From Nevskiales bacterium (GTDB taxonomy: Bacteria > Pseudomonadota > Gammaproteobacteria > Nevskiales > CAJXLF01), in contig JBFJXR010000002.1 of the NCBI GenBank assembly GCA_041622995.1, positions 4,084-68,083 on the forward strand: DNA of 64,000 nucleotides, read 5' to 3'. The notes under the pieces were generated by a model. That model was not told the origin of the DNA, did not search any database, and saw only the letters and a list, made by a program, of their open reading frames with translations. The position numbers were made by a program, and so were the translations under genes. Within the stretch, counting starts at the first letter, position 1. The number at the start of each line of letters is the position of its first letter. This document shows positions 44,905 through 55,252 of this stretch, piece by piece.

Positions 44905-45855
44905 ATGGACGCTGAGAAAACGCAGAGTACAAAAGCGAGAATACTTTTTGTTGATGACGAGCAGCGCATATTGACGACAATGCGCATGCTGTTTCGTCGA
45001 GACTATGATGTGGTACTGGCCAATGGTGCAGAAGAAGCGCTTGAAAAGCTCCGGCATGAAAAAATGGATGTGATCGTTAGCGATCAACGCATGCCGGGAA
45101 TGACAGGTTATGAATTACTTCGCACTGCTTTAAATATTCAGCCCAATGCCATGCGTATCCTGCTCACCGGGTACGCTGATCTGAATGCAATTATTGGCTC
45201 AATCAATGAAGGGGAAATATTCCGTTTCGTCAGCAAGCCATGGTCAAACGAGGATCTCAAATCGACTTTGGCAAAAGCAGTTGAGGCTTCCAGAACCGAG
45301 GCAGCAGCAACAGGCCGATTACCGGTAGGTGATGAGGAGGAGGTTGATCTGGTTGATGACAAGCCAGGGATTCTCTTACTTGACAACGATCCGGAAAATC
45401 GCAGCTTTATGAAAGATATGCTGGGTGGAGACTTCAATATTTTTGAGGCCGAAACCATTTCTGCAGGCCTGGATTTTCTGGAAAAGGAGAATATCGGGGT
45501 TCTTATTTCTGATCTTCGTATTGAAAATACGCCTGTCGTTGAAATACTCAGTACCCTCAAGAAGTATCAGCCACATCTGGTCTCAATCATCGTGACCAAT
45601 CGTGCCGATGCGCATGACGCTATTGACCTGATTAATCATGGTCAGGTTTATCGATTCCTGATGAAGCCGGTTAGAGAGGCGATGGCTAAAATCAATGTGC
45701 GTTCAGCCGTACGCAGACATTCGGCGCTATTGGAAAGTCCCGATGAATCTGCCCGATACGAGGTTGAAGAGATCAAGGAGCCAACCGCGGTGACGCCTGG
45801 TTTACTGGACAGGATTCGTGGTATGCGTTCCATGTTCCGGGCCAATGAAGGATAG
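44905..45855 (+). CDS. Response regulator with tandem receiver domains and no output domain
   Basis: REC1 shows ILFVDDE...VIVSDQRMPGMTG...SKPW. REC2 shows ILLLDND...VLISDLRI...VTN...MKP. Confidence 0.85.
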   Translation: MDAEKTQSTKARILFVDDEQRILTTMRMLFRRDYDVVLANGAEEALEKLRHEKMDVIVSDQRMPGMTGYELLRTALNIQPNAMRILLTGYADLNAIIGSINEGEIFRFVSKPWSNEDLKSTLAKAVEASRTEAAATGRLPVGDEEEVDLVDDKPGILLLDNDPENRSFMKDMLGGDFNIFEAETISAGLDFLEKENIGVLISDLRIENTPVVEILSTLKKYQPHLVSIIVTNRADAHDAIDLINHGQVYRFLMKPVREAMAKINVRSAVRRHSALLESPDESARYEVEEIKEPTAVTPGLLDRIRGMRSMFRANEG

Positions 45856-45870
45856 TAAATCAGCAATGCA

Positions 45871-45900
45871 AAGCGCCTCCGAAAGGGGGCGTTTTTGTTT
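45871..45900 (+). terminator. Rho-independent terminator after the two-component operon
   Basis: CGCCTCC-GAAA-GGGGGCG (45874-45891, GNRA-type loop) is followed by TTTTTGTTT. Confidence 0.85.
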
Positions 45901-45992
45901 GTGTAAGAACTATTACCAAATGGTATTGTAACTATGGTTATTAACCCCTAGTATGATTCGTTGTTAAATTACGTATTTATAAGGACTCAGGA

Positions 45993-47777
45993 TTGAAAAC
46001 TGTTCGCATTGGCTGCGCCTCGGCGTTTTGGGGTGATACCACGACTGCCGCTGCCCAATTGGTAGAAAAAGGCAATATTGATTACCTCGTTTTCGACTAT
46101 CTGGCTGAAGTCACAATGTCGATATTGGCCGTGAAGCGCATGCGTGATCCTGAGGCCGGCTACGCCCCCGATTTTGTTAATGTACTTGAGCCTTTATTGG
46201 CAGAGATTAAACGACAGGGCATCAAGGTTGTTTGCAATGCCGGAGGCGTCAACCCAGCAGCCTGTCGTGATGCCCTAAATGCGGTTGCTGCGAAGCAGGG
46301 TATCGAGCTTAGTGTTGGCCTGGTGCTTGGTGATGATCTGGCACCACGACAGCAGGAATTCCGTGATGCGGATGTCCGCGATCTGGACGGCAATGAAGCC
46401 TTGCCAGGGCAGGTAGTCAGCATGAATGCCTATCTTGGCGCTCTCCCTGTCAAACAGGCGCTCGATGCTGGGGCAGAGATTGTACTAACCGGGCGAGGTG
46501 TCGATAGCGCCGTGGTCGTCGGTCCCCTGATGCACGAACTTGGCTGGAAGGCAGATGACTATGATCTGCTTTCCGCGGGTTCCCTGGTGGGTCATGTAAT
46601 CGAATGTGGCACCCAGTGCACCGGTGGTAACTTCACGGATTGGGAGTCTGTGCCGGGTTACGAGGACATGGGCTTTCCGATTGTGGAAGTCTCCGAAGAT
46701 GGCAGCTTTGATGTCAGCAAGCCTGAGGGTACGGGTGGCCTGGTGACGCCGTTCACTGTTGGTGAGCAGATGCTTTATGAGATCCACGACCCACGCGCCT
46801 ATATCTTGCCTGATGTGGTTTGTGACTTTACCCAGGTCAAAATGGAGCAGGTCGGTGAAAACGTGGTACGGGTAACCGGCGCCAAGGGGTTGCCACCTAC
46901 AGATAGCTATAAGGTTTCTGCCACTTATCCCGCAGGCTTCCGGGCCACAGCCATGTTTGTAATTGGCGGTATTGATGCCGTTCGCAAGGGTGAGCGTGTG
47001 GCTGAGTCCATCCTGACCAAGGTGCGCAACATTTATAAGAAGGAAGGCTTTGCTGATTTCCTGGCTACCGATGTAGAAATACTCGGTGGTGAAGCCATGT
47101 ACGGCCCTCATGCCAGTGCAGCCGCCCGTGGCACGCGTGAGGTTATGATCAAGATCGGTGTGAAGCATGCTGACAAGAAGGCGCTGGTGATTTTCTCCAA
47201 GGAAATCGCACCGGCTGCGACGGCAACAACACCGGGCGTGACTGGTTACTTTGGTGGACGGCCGAATATTACGCCCATGCCAAATCTGTTCTCCTGCCTG
47301 GTCAAGAAAGACCTGGTGCCTGTAACGGTGGATGTGGATGGCGATGTGCAGTCAACTGTAATCCCTGCCGAGGGCGGTTTTGAGCCCTCCCTGGTTCCTG
47401 AAGATGTACCGGGTGAGTTACCCGGTGATATTGATGATCCGGTAGAGGTGCCGCTGGTTAAGCTCGCCGTTGGTCGCAGTGGTGACAAGGGTGATCATTC
47501 CAATATTGGATTAATCGCCAGAAAACCTGAATTCATGCCTTATATCAGGGCGGCGATGACTGCCGATACAGTTGCAAAGCATTTTGCCTATCTGTTGGAA
47601 GGTGATGTACAGCGTTGGGAGTTACCTGGCACGAACAGCTTTAATTTCCTGCTCAGACATTCACTGGGTGGTGGCGGAGTGGCCTCACTGAGGGCAGACC
47701 CGCAGGGTAAATGCCATGCGCAGATGTTGCTTGATCATCCGGTTACTGTGCCCAAAGATTTGGCCGATACTTTATAA
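45993..47777 (+). CDS. atuA: AtuA-family protein (DUF1446 with fused C-terminal DUF4387-like part), acyclic terpene utilisation
   Basis: TTG start with an AAGGA RBS. The N-terminus VRIGCASAFWGDT... is typical of DUF1446. The product is 594 aa. It heads a cluster that otherwise follows atuBCDEF order. Confidence 0.8.
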   Translation: MKTVRIGCASAFWGDTTTAAAQLVEKGNIDYLVFDYLAEVTMSILAVKRMRDPEAGYAPDFVNVLEPLLAEIKRQGIKVVCNAGGVNPAACRDALNAVAAKQGIELSVGLVLGDDLAPRQQEFRDADVRDLDGNEALPGQVVSMNAYLGALPVKQALDAGAEIVLTGRGVDSAVVVGPLMHELGWKADDYDLLSAGSLVGHVIECGTQCTGGNFTDWESVPGYEDMGFPIVEVSEDGSFDVSKPEGTGGLVTPFTVGEQMLYEIHDPRAYILPDVVCDFTQVKMEQVGENVVRVTGAKGLPPTDSYKVSATYPAGFRATAMFVIGGIDAVRKGERVAESILTKVRNIYKKEGFADFLATDVEILGGEAMYGPHASAAARGTREVMIKIGVKHADKKALVIFSKEIAPAATATTPGVTGYFGGRPNITPMPNLFSCLVKKDLVPVTVDVDGDVQSTVIPAEGGFEPSLVPEDVPGELPGDIDDPVEVPLVKLAVGRSGDKGDHSNIGLIARKPEFMPYIRAAMTADTVAKHFAYLLEGDVQRWELPGTNSFNFLLRHSLGGGGVASLRADPQGKCHAQMLLDHPVTVPKDLADTL

Positions 47778-47835
47778 ATTAAATCAATAAGGCAGAGATT
47801 AATATTAATCTTTATTCTTAATCAGGAGAGTCATC

Positions 47836-49029
47836 ATGGAATTCACCTCAGAACACGAAGAGATTCGCCGCACCACACGAAAATTCATTGAAAATGAGAT
47901 CAACCCTCATGTCGATGAATGGGAGAAGGCCCAAAGCTTCCCCGCCCATGAGCTATTCAAGAAGATGGGAGATCTTGGTCTGTTGGGTATCAGTAAACCC
48001 GAGCAGTTCGGTGGCATGGGGCTGGACTATTCATATTCCATGGTTTTTGCCGAAGAATTGGGACGAATCAATTGTGGCGGCGTACCCATGGCGATTGGCG
48101 TGCAGACCGATATGGCCACGCCAGCTCTGGCACGTTATGGCTCGGATGAACTGCGTGAAGAATTCCTGGTGCCCGCCATTGCCGGTGAAAAGGTGGCTTC
48201 CATCGGTGTTTCAGAGCCGGGCGCAGGTTCGGATGTCTCTGGCCTGAAAACCACGGCTGTAAAAGATGGTGACGATTACATCATCAATGGCACCAAGATG
48301 TGGATCACTAATGGTATGCAGTCAGACTTCATCTGCTTACTGGCGAATACCTCAGATGGCAAGCCGCATCAGAACAAGTCTCTGATCATCGTGCCGATGG
48401 ACGCTCCTGGCGTAGAGCGGGCGAAGAAGATTGAAAAGATCGGCATGTATTCCTCGGATACCGCCCAGTTGTTCTTCGACAACGTGCGTGTGCCGCAGCG
48501 TAACCGCATCGGCATGGAAGGCATGGGCTTCATGATCCAGATGCAGCAATTCCAGGAAGAGCGCATGTTTGCAGGTGCGTCGGGTCTGCTGGGTCTGGAG
48601 TCGATCATTCAGTCAACGATTGAATATACCAGTCAGCGCCAGACCTTCGGGCAGCCCATTATTGATAATCAGACGGTGCACTTCCGCCTTGCGGAACTGC
48701 AGTCCGAGATTGAAGCGTTGCGTGCCCTGGTTTATCGCACCTGCGAGCTGTATATCAAGGATCAGAACAGCATGGAGGTCGTGAAGCTGGCTTCGATGGC
48801 CAAGCTGAAAGTCGGGCGCCTGAGCCGTGAAGTCGCTGATAGTTGCCTGCAGTACTGGGGTGGTATGGGCTTCACCCTGGAAAACCCGGTTTCACGTGCC
48901 TATCGTGATACGCGTTTGATCTCCATCGGCGGTGGCGCAGACGAGATTATGCTGGGCATTATCTGCAAGCTGATGGGGACGTTGCCAGGCAAGAAAAAGT
49001 CTGCTGATTCTTCCGAGAAAGCAGCCTGA
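47836..49029 (+). CDS. Acyl-CoA dehydrogenase, paralog of the atuD-position gene (IVD/LCAD-type, SIGGGADEIM)
   Basis: By-eye alignment puts it at roughly 60% identity to ORF 55253-56410 along the full length. VSEPGAGSDVS is present. It lacks a YEGT Glu and has GGGADE instead. Confidence 0.85.
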   Translation: MEFTSEHEEIRRTTRKFIENEINPHVDEWEKAQSFPAHELFKKMGDLGLLGISKPEQFGGMGLDYSYSMVFAEELGRINCGGVPMAIGVQTDMATPALARYGSDELREEFLVPAIAGEKVASIGVSEPGAGSDVSGLKTTAVKDGDDYIINGTKMWITNGMQSDFICLLANTSDGKPHQNKSLIIVPMDAPGVERAKKIEKIGMYSSDTAQLFFDNVRVPQRNRIGMEGMGFMIQMQQFQEERMFAGASGLLGLESIIQSTIEYTSQRQTFGQPIIDNQTVHFRLAELQSEIEALRALVYRTCELYIKDQNSMEVVKLASMAKLKVGRLSREVADSCLQYWGGMGFTLENPVSRAYRDTRLISIGGGADEIMLGIICKLMGTLPGKKKSADSSEKAA

Positions 49030-49143
49030 ACTGGTAATGAGGAAGGGAAACTGACAAGAAATATTGTTCGATAGGAGTAATTTTTCTCTGAAACAGCTAA
49101 AATCGCGCCTTCGAATTCACTTCCGGATAGAGATATAGAACGT

Positions 49144-50799
49144 ATGACGGAGAATGAAGCCATAGAGCGCGACGTCATGGACTATGACGTGGTCATCGTC
49201 GGTGCAGGCCCAGCCGGGCTTTCTGCTGCGATCCGCCTCAAACAGGCCAATGAAGACTTGGCGGTCTGTGTTGTCGAGAAAGGTTCAGAAGTCGGTGCGC
49301 ATATTTTATCGGGCGCCATTTTTGAGCCCCGTGCCCTGAATGAACTTATTCCAGACTGGAAAGAGAAAGGCGCCCCGCTCAAGACAGAAGTCAGCCGTGA
49401 TGATATTTATTTTCTCACTGGCGAGAAAAGTGCCTTCAAGATGCCGAACCTGTTTGTGCCAAAAACCATGCATAATCACGGCAACTACATTATTTCCCTG
49501 GGCAAGCTGTGCCGCTGGTTAGGCGATCAGGCCGAAGCGCTGGGTGTTGAGATCTATCCCGGATTTGCTGCACAGGAAGCCATAATCGAAGACGGTGCCG
49601 TGCGCGGAATCGTGACTGGCGATATGGGTATCGACAAGGCCGGCAACCACAAGGGTGAATATGCACCAGGCATGGAACTGCGTGGCAAGTACACCCTGTT
49701 TGCTGAAGGGTGCCGTGGTCATATCGGTAAGCAATTGATCAGCAAATATGAACTGGACAAGGATTCCGACCCGCAACATTACGGTCTGGGTATCAAGGAA
49801 GTCTGGGAAGTCGATCCTGCTAAATTCCAGGAAGGTCTGGTGGTACATACCGCAGGCTGGCCTCTGGACAATGCGAACCCCGGTGGCTCCTTTCTTTATC
49901 ACCTCGAAGACAACAAGGTTGCAGTGGGTCTGATCGTAGATCTTTCCTACAGCAATGCGTACCTGTCACCTTACGATGAATTCCAGCGTTTCAAACACCA
50001 CCCAAAAATCGCCCAGTATCTGGAAGGCGGTAAACGCCTGTCCTATGGTGCCCGTGCTATCTGTAAGGGCGGCTTTAATTCGCTGCCCAAGGTGGTATTT
50101 CCGGGTGGCGCACTGATTGGCTGTGATGCCGGTACGCTGAATTTTGCCAAGATCAAGGGCAGTCACACGGCCATGAAGTCCGGCATGCTGGCCGCCGATG
50201 CACTTGTGGAAGCATTCAAGTCAGGCGCGGAAGGTGCTGATGAGCTTGCCGGCTATCCCGAGAAGTTCAAGGCCAGCTGGCTATATGATGAACTGTTTCG
50301 TAGCCGTAATTTTGGCGCGGCTCTGCATAAGTTCGGTGCGGTCGTCGGTGGCGGTATCAACTTCATTGATCAGAATATCTTTGGTGGCAAGCTGCCTATC
50401 AACTTCCGTGATTTGAAGCCGGATCATGAGTGCACCAAGCCGGCAGCGGAATGCACGCCGATTGAGTATCCGAAACCTGATGGCAAGCTGAGTTTCGACA
50501 AACTGTCTTCAGTATTTCTGTCCAGCACCTCGCATGAAGAAGATCAGCCGTCTCATCTGCGTTTGGCTGACGAAAGTATTCCAATCGGGCAAAATCTGCC
50601 AAAGTATGCCGAACCGGCACAGCGATATTGTCCCGCTGGTGTGTACGAGGTTGTTGAAGAGAAGGATGGCGGTAAACGCTTCCAGATTAATGCAGCCAAC
50701 TGTGTGCATTGCAAGACCTGTGATATCAAGGATCCTGCCCAGAATATTACCTGGGTGGCGCCGGAAGGCAGTGGTGGTCCGAATTACGCTGCAATGTAA
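49144..50799 (+). CDS. Electron-transfer flavoprotein:ubiquinone oxidoreductase (ETF-QO)
   Basis: FAD motif DVVIVGAGPAGLSAAIRL and a C-terminal 4Fe-4S ferredoxin-like CVHCKTCDIKDP. 551 aa. Confidence 0.93.
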   Translation: MTENEAIERDVMDYDVVIVGAGPAGLSAAIRLKQANEDLAVCVVEKGSEVGAHILSGAIFEPRALNELIPDWKEKGAPLKTEVSRDDIYFLTGEKSAFKMPNLFVPKTMHNHGNYIISLGKLCRWLGDQAEALGVEIYPGFAAQEAIIEDGAVRGIVTGDMGIDKAGNHKGEYAPGMELRGKYTLFAEGCRGHIGKQLISKYELDKDSDPQHYGLGIKEVWEVDPAKFQEGLVVHTAGWPLDNANPGGSFLYHLEDNKVAVGLIVDLSYSNAYLSPYDEFQRFKHHPKIAQYLEGGKRLSYGARAICKGGFNSLPKVVFPGGALIGCDAGTLNFAKIKGSHTAMKSGMLAADALVEAFKSGAEGADELAGYPEKFKASWLYDELFRSRNFGAALHKFGAVVGGGINFIDQNIFGGKLPINFRDLKPDHECTKPAAECTPIEYPKPDGKLSFDKLSSVFLSSTSHEEDQPSHLRLADESIPIGQNLPKYAEPAQRYCPAGVYEVVEEKDGGKRFQINAANCVHCKTCDIKDPAQNITWVAPEGSGGPNYAAM

Positions 50800-50847
50800 A
50801 TTGCTCGGGGATTTTTTCTAAAACACCTAACTCATGAGTTATAAGTA

Positions 50848-51594
50848 ATGAAAGTATTAGTAAGTGTTAAACGTGTGGTGGACTATAACGTCCGCATTCA
50901 GGTCAAGGGTGACGGTTCCGGCGTGAATCTCGACGGCGTCAAGATGAGCATGAACCCCTTTGATGAAATCGCCATGGAAGAAGCTGTGCGTCTGAAGGAA
51001 GCCGGAACGGCGACCGAAGTGATCGCAGTCACTATTGGCGGCGATAAGGCAGAAGAGCAGCTGCGTAGTGCGCTGGCTTTTGGTGCTGATCGTGCCATTC
51101 ATGTGAAAGTCGATGAAGACATCCAGCCTTTGACGGCTGCCCGCATACTGGCGGCTGTATTTGAAAAAGAACAACCCGGTCTGTTGCTGACAGGCAAGCA
51201 GGCGATTGATGACGATAACAATCAGACGGGTCAGATGACTGCTGCCCTGTTGGGTCGTCCTCAGGCAACTTTTGCCGGTGAACTGACCGTTGCCGGCGAT
51301 AAGGCCACCGTCGTACGCGAAGTGGATGCCGGTCTGGAAACACTGGAAGTGGATCTGCCTGCGGTAGTTACCGTTGACTTGCGTTTGAACGAACCACGTT
51401 ATCTCAAGCTGCCGGACATCATGAAGGCCAAGCGTAAGCCGGTTGATGCCACTACCATGGCTGAGTTGGGGGTTGAGCCTGCACCAGGCCTGACCGTAAC
51501 TAAAACCAGCCCTCCACCAGCACGCGCTGCCGGTGTGAAGGTCAAGTCGGTTGACGAACTCGTCGCTGCACTTAAAGACAAGGGCTTGGTTTAG
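50848..51594 (+). CDS. etfB: Electron transfer flavoprotein beta subunit
   Basis: [19 protein letters not shown]... is a typical EtfB N-terminus. 248 aa. Confidence 0.93.
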   Translation: MKVLVSVKRVVDYNVRIQVKGDGSGVNLDGVKMSMNPFDEIAMEEAVRLKEAGTATEVIAVTIGGDKAEEQLRSALAFGADRAIHVKVDEDIQPLTAARILAAVFEKEQPGLLLTGKQAIDDDNNQTGQMTAALLGRPQATFAGELTVAGDKATVVREVDAGLETLEVDLPAVVTVDLRLNEPRYLKLPDIMKAKRKPVDATTMAELGVEPAPGLTVTKTSPPPARAAGVKVKSVDELVAALKDKGLV

Positions 51595-51614
51595 GCCATT
51601 AGGGGAATATAGAA

Positions 51615-52556
51615 ATGAGTAAAGTATTAGTAATTGCCCAGCATGACGACGGGCAACTTAATCTCTCCACTTCACGTGCGGTGAACTGCGCTGCGGGTAT
51701 CGGTGGTGAAATCGATGTGTTGGTGCTGTCTGACAGTGGCCAGTCGATTGCCGAAGCCGCCGCACAGATTGCCGGCGTGGCTAAAGTGCTGGTTGCAGAT
51801 AACGCGGCCAACAAAGACCCCGTTGCTGTGATCCTGGCACCCCAGATCGCCAAACTGGCACAGGACGGTGGTTACACACACGTGCTAGGGCCAAACACGA
51901 CTTACGGCAAGGATCTGATGCCTCAGGTGGCTGCGATTCTGGGTGTGGCGATGGTGACCGATATCATGAATGTGCATGGCGCACATGAATTCGATCGCCC
52001 GATCTATGCAGGTAATGCAGTTGTAACGGTACAAGCCGATGCGAGTCAGACTTTGGTCGCTTCGGTACGTTGCGCATCCTACAAAACAGCCGATGCCGGT
52101 GGCAGTGCTGCCATTGAAGCAGTAACCATTGATGCCGAACTTCCAACGCATACACGTTACATGGGCCTGAAGAAAGAAGGCGGTGATCGCCCTGATCTGC
52201 AGTCTGCTCCTCGTGTTGTATCCGGTGGTCGTGGTGTAGGTTCTGAAGAAAACTTCAAGATCATCTACGATCTGGCTGACAAGCTGGGTGCAGGCGTGGG
52301 CGCCTCTCGCGCTGCGGTGGATTCCGGTTATGTACCGAATGATATGCAGGTCGGTCAGACCGGCAAGATCATTGCGCCGGAACTGTATATTGCCGTGGGT
52401 ATCTCGGGTGCGATTCAGCATCTGGCCGGCATCAAGGATGCCGGGACGATTGTTGCCATCAACTCCGATGAAGACGCGCCGATTTTTGAAGTGGCTGATT
52501 TCGGTCTGGTGGGCGACCTGTTCCAGGTATTGCCAGAGTTACAGGGCAAGCTCTAA
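51615..52556 (+). CDS. etfA: Electron transfer flavoprotein alpha subunit
   Basis: C-terminal FAD-binding block VSGGRGVG...ELYIAVGISGAIQHLAGIKD...IVAINSDEDAPIF. Confidence 0.93.
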   Translation: MSKVLVIAQHDDGQLNLSTSRAVNCAAGIGGEIDVLVLSDSGQSIAEAAAQIAGVAKVLVADNAANKDPVAVILAPQIAKLAQDGGYTHVLGPNTTYGKDLMPQVAAILGVAMVTDIMNVHGAHEFDRPIYAGNAVVTVQADASQTLVASVRCASYKTADAGGSAAIEAVTIDAELPTHTRYMGLKKEGGDRPDLQSAPRVVSGGRGVGSEENFKIIYDLADKLGAGVGASRAAVDSGYVPNDMQVGQTGKIIAPELYIAVGISGAIQHLAGIKDAGTIVAINSDEDAPIFEVADFGLVGDLFQVLPELQGKL

Positions 52557-52590
52557 GAGGCAGGAGGTCATTACTTCCTCCCTATGAAAT

Positions 52591-52628
52591 AAACGCCAGG
52601 CGGGCTACATCGTCTGGCGTTTTTATTT
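52591..52628 (+). terminator. Rho-independent terminator after etfA
   Basis: AACGCCAG (52592-52599) pairs with CTGGCGTT (52614-52621), followed by TTTATTTG. It splits the atu/ETF region into two transcription units. Confidence 0.75.
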
Positions 52629-52660
52629 GAGGCATTAGAAAAATCAATCAGGAGAAATGA

Positions 52661-53524
52661 ATGGGTTATCAATCCCTGTTCAGAGAAGGCGCGTTTAAAG
52701 GCCGGACTATCATCGTAACCGGTGGCGGCAGTGGCATTGGTCGCTGCACAGCCCACGAACTCGCAAGCCTAGGCGCCACCGTTATTCTGGTTGGTCGTAC
52801 CCAGACGAAACTCGACAAGGTGAAAGCTGAAATCGTCGAAGATGGTGGGCAGGCAGACACCCAGAGTTTTGATATCCGTGACGAAGCGGCCGTGAGTGCT
52901 GGCATCGCGTCAATTCTGGAACGGAATACGCAGGTAGACGGACTCGTTAATAATGCCGGCGGCCAGTTCCCGGCACCTCTGGCCAAGCTTTCCAAGAATG
53001 GATTCGAAGCTGTGGTGGCTAATAATCTGACTGGTGGCTTTCTGGTTGCCCGTGAAGTTTACAACCAATGTATGGCTGAACATGGTGGTTCGATTGTAAA
53101 TATCGTTGCTGATATGTGGAACGGTATGCCGGGCATGGGTCATTCAGGTGCTGCACGTGCAGGCATGCTGAATTTCACACATACAGCAGCCGTTGAATGG
53201 GCCTGCTCAGGTGTAAGGGTGAATGCAGTCGCCCCAGGCTGGATCATGTCCAGTGGCCTGGACACTTATGAAGATCCACAAATGAAAGCCATCTTCCCGG
53301 TATTGAAAAAGAAAGTACCGCTGAAGCGTCTTGGTGAAGAAGCTGAGGTTAGCAGCGCTATATGCTTCCTGTTATCCGATGCAGCGGCCTTTATCTCTGG
53401 TGATTGTATCAAGGTAGATGGTGCAGCATCCTGCAATACAGAGTTGGCAACGATGCCTGAGCACGAAAACTCCAGGCCCTTCGAAGGCTTTCATAGGGCT
53501 GTTAGACCCGAGATTATGGGATAG
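52661..53524 (+). CDS. atuB: SDR-family oxidoreductase in the AtuB position (PECR/DECR-like active-site region)
   Basis: TGGGSGIGRCTA cofactor motif and HSGAARAG in the catalytic region. Assignment to atuB rests on gene order only. Confidence 0.6.
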   Translation: MGYQSLFREGAFKGRTIIVTGGGSGIGRCTAHELASLGATVILVGRTQTKLDKVKAEIVEDGGQADTQSFDIRDEAAVSAGIASILERNTQVDGLVNNAGGQFPAPLAKLSKNGFEAVVANNLTGGFLVAREVYNQCMAEHGGSIVNIVADMWNGMPGMGHSGAARAGMLNFTHTAAVEWACSGVRVNAVAPGWIMSSGLDTYEDPQMKAIFPVLKKKVPLKRLGEEAEVSSAICFLLSDAAAFISGDCIKVDGAASCNTELATMPEHENSRPFEGFHRAVRPEIMG

Positions 53525-53622
53525 AAAAAGGTTCATATGATTACTCAGTAATCTTATGGCGTAAAAGTAGGAGATCGCGGCGCCTGGCAGGCTCGCGGTG
53601 ACAGTACAGCAGAGAGAAAGTT

Positions 53623-55239
53623 ATGCCAGTCATAGAATCTAAAGTCGATGTTCACGCCGAGTCTTTTGCCCAGAATCGCCAGGATATGCTCGGGTGTATC
53701 AGTGAGTTTCGGGCAGTAGAGCAGAAGGTTCGGGATAGCGAGCTTTCCAAGAAAGCCAAATTCGAGAAGCGAGGGCAATTACTGCCACGTGATCGCCTGA
53801 ACCTGATGCTGGATCGGGGTTCACCCTTCCTCGAGCTTTCCACGCTCTGTGGCTATAAATATCACGATGATAAAGATGGCTCCCTGGCGGGCGGAAACAG
53901 TATTTATGGGATCGGTTACGTAGCCGGTACTCGCTGTATGATCACAGCTTCCAACAGTGCCATCAAGGGTGGCACGATGACGCCCTATGGCGTGCAGAAA
54001 ACGCTTCGGGTACAGGAAATCGCCATGCAGCAGAAACTGCCTGTCGTGGCCATGATCGAGTCAGGTGGTGCCAACCTGCTGTATCAGGAAGACCTGTTTA
54101 TTGCCGGCGGTAAAACCTTCTGCAATCAGGCGCGCCTTTCCGCTGCTGGTATTCCACAGGTCACAGTCGTACATGGTTCATCAACTGCTGGTGGTGCCTA
54201 TATGCCTGGCCTTTCAGATTACGTGATCATGGTTCGTGGCAAGGCCAAGGTTTTTCTTGCCGGGCCACCGCTGCTGCGTGCGGCTACAGGTGAGATTGCT
54301 GAGGATGAGGAACTGGGTGGGGCGGACATGCACGCCACAGTGGCGGGTACCTGTGAATATCTTGCTGAAGACGATGCTGATGGTATTCGCATAGCAAGGG
54401 AAGTTATGCAGAATATCGCCTGGAATAATCACTTGCCGGTGATGTCGCCCAGAGAATTTTCCGAGCCGCTGTATGATATTGACGATCTTTGCGGCATCGT
54501 GCCGGTGGATTATCGAAAGCCATATGATTGTCGTGAAGTGATTGCAAGGCTGGTGGACAGTTCAGAGTTTCTGGAATTCAAGGCAGACTGGGATCAGCAA
54601 ACCATTTGTGGTCAGGCCAGCATTGAAGGTCAGCCTGTCGGCATTATTGGCAATAACGGTCCAATCACGACCAAAGGCGCCAACAAAGCCGGGCAATTCA
54701 TACAGCTCTGTTGCCAGTCGGATATGCCCATCATCTATCTGCAGAACATTACCGGCTTCATGGTGGGCACGGACGCGGAGCAGGGTGGTATCGTCAAGCA
54801 TGGATCCAAGATGATTCAGGCCGTGGCCAATGCTACCGTGCCGCAGATCACGATTGTGATTGGTGGCTCATTCGGTGCCGGTAACTACGGCATGTGTGGT
54901 CGCGGTTTCGATCCTGATTTTATTTTTGCCTGGCCAAATAGTCGCACGGCTGTGATGGGCGGTGAGCAGGCCGCCAAGGTGATGTCGATAGTCACCGAGG
55001 CCAAGATGAAGCTTGCAGGGCAGGACGTACCTGAAGAGATGCTGCAACAGATGGAGCAGCAGATTATCGATAAGTTCAATGAGCAGTCGCACCCATTCAA
55101 TGGTACAGCACGCCTATGGGATGACGGCCTGATTGACCCGCGTGATACACGCCGCGTATTGGCAATGACATTGTCCGTATGCCGTGAAGCGAGAATCAGG
55201 AGCCTGAAGCCCAGTACCTTTGGTGCTGCAAGACTATAA
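53623..55239 (+). CDS. atuC: Acyl-CoA carboxylase carboxyltransferase (beta) subunit, geranyl-CoA carboxylase AtuC-like (MCCase beta not excluded)
   Basis: 538 aa with duplicated crotonase-like CT domains (…GGAYMPGLSD…, …SFGAGNYGMCGR…). It occupies the atuC position in the gene order. Confidence 0.75.
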   Translation: MPVIESKVDVHAESFAQNRQDMLGCISEFRAVEQKVRDSELSKKAKFEKRGQLLPRDRLNLMLDRGSPFLELSTLCGYKYHDDKDGSLAGGNSIYGIGYVAGTRCMITASNSAIKGGTMTPYGVQKTLRVQEIAMQQKLPVVAMIESGGANLLYQEDLFIAGGKTFCNQARLSAAGIPQVTVVHGSSTAGGAYMPGLSDYVIMVRGKAKVFLAGPPLLRAATGEIAEDEELGGADMHATVAGTCEYLAEDDADGIRIAREVMQNIAWNNHLPVMSPREFSEPLYDIDDLCGIVPVDYRKPYDCREVIARLVDSSEFLEFKADWDQQTICGQASIEGQPVGIIGNNGPITTKGANKAGQFIQLCCQSDMPIIYLQNITGFMVGTDAEQGGIVKHGSKMIQAVANATVPQITIVIGGSFGAGNYGMCGRGFDPDFIFAWPNSRTAVMGGEQAAKVMSIVTEAKMKLAGQDVPEEMLQQMEQQIIDKFNEQSHPFNGTARLWDDGLIDPRDTRRVLAMTLSVCREARIRSLKPSTFGAARL

Positions 55240-55252
55240 ATCAGGACAAACT

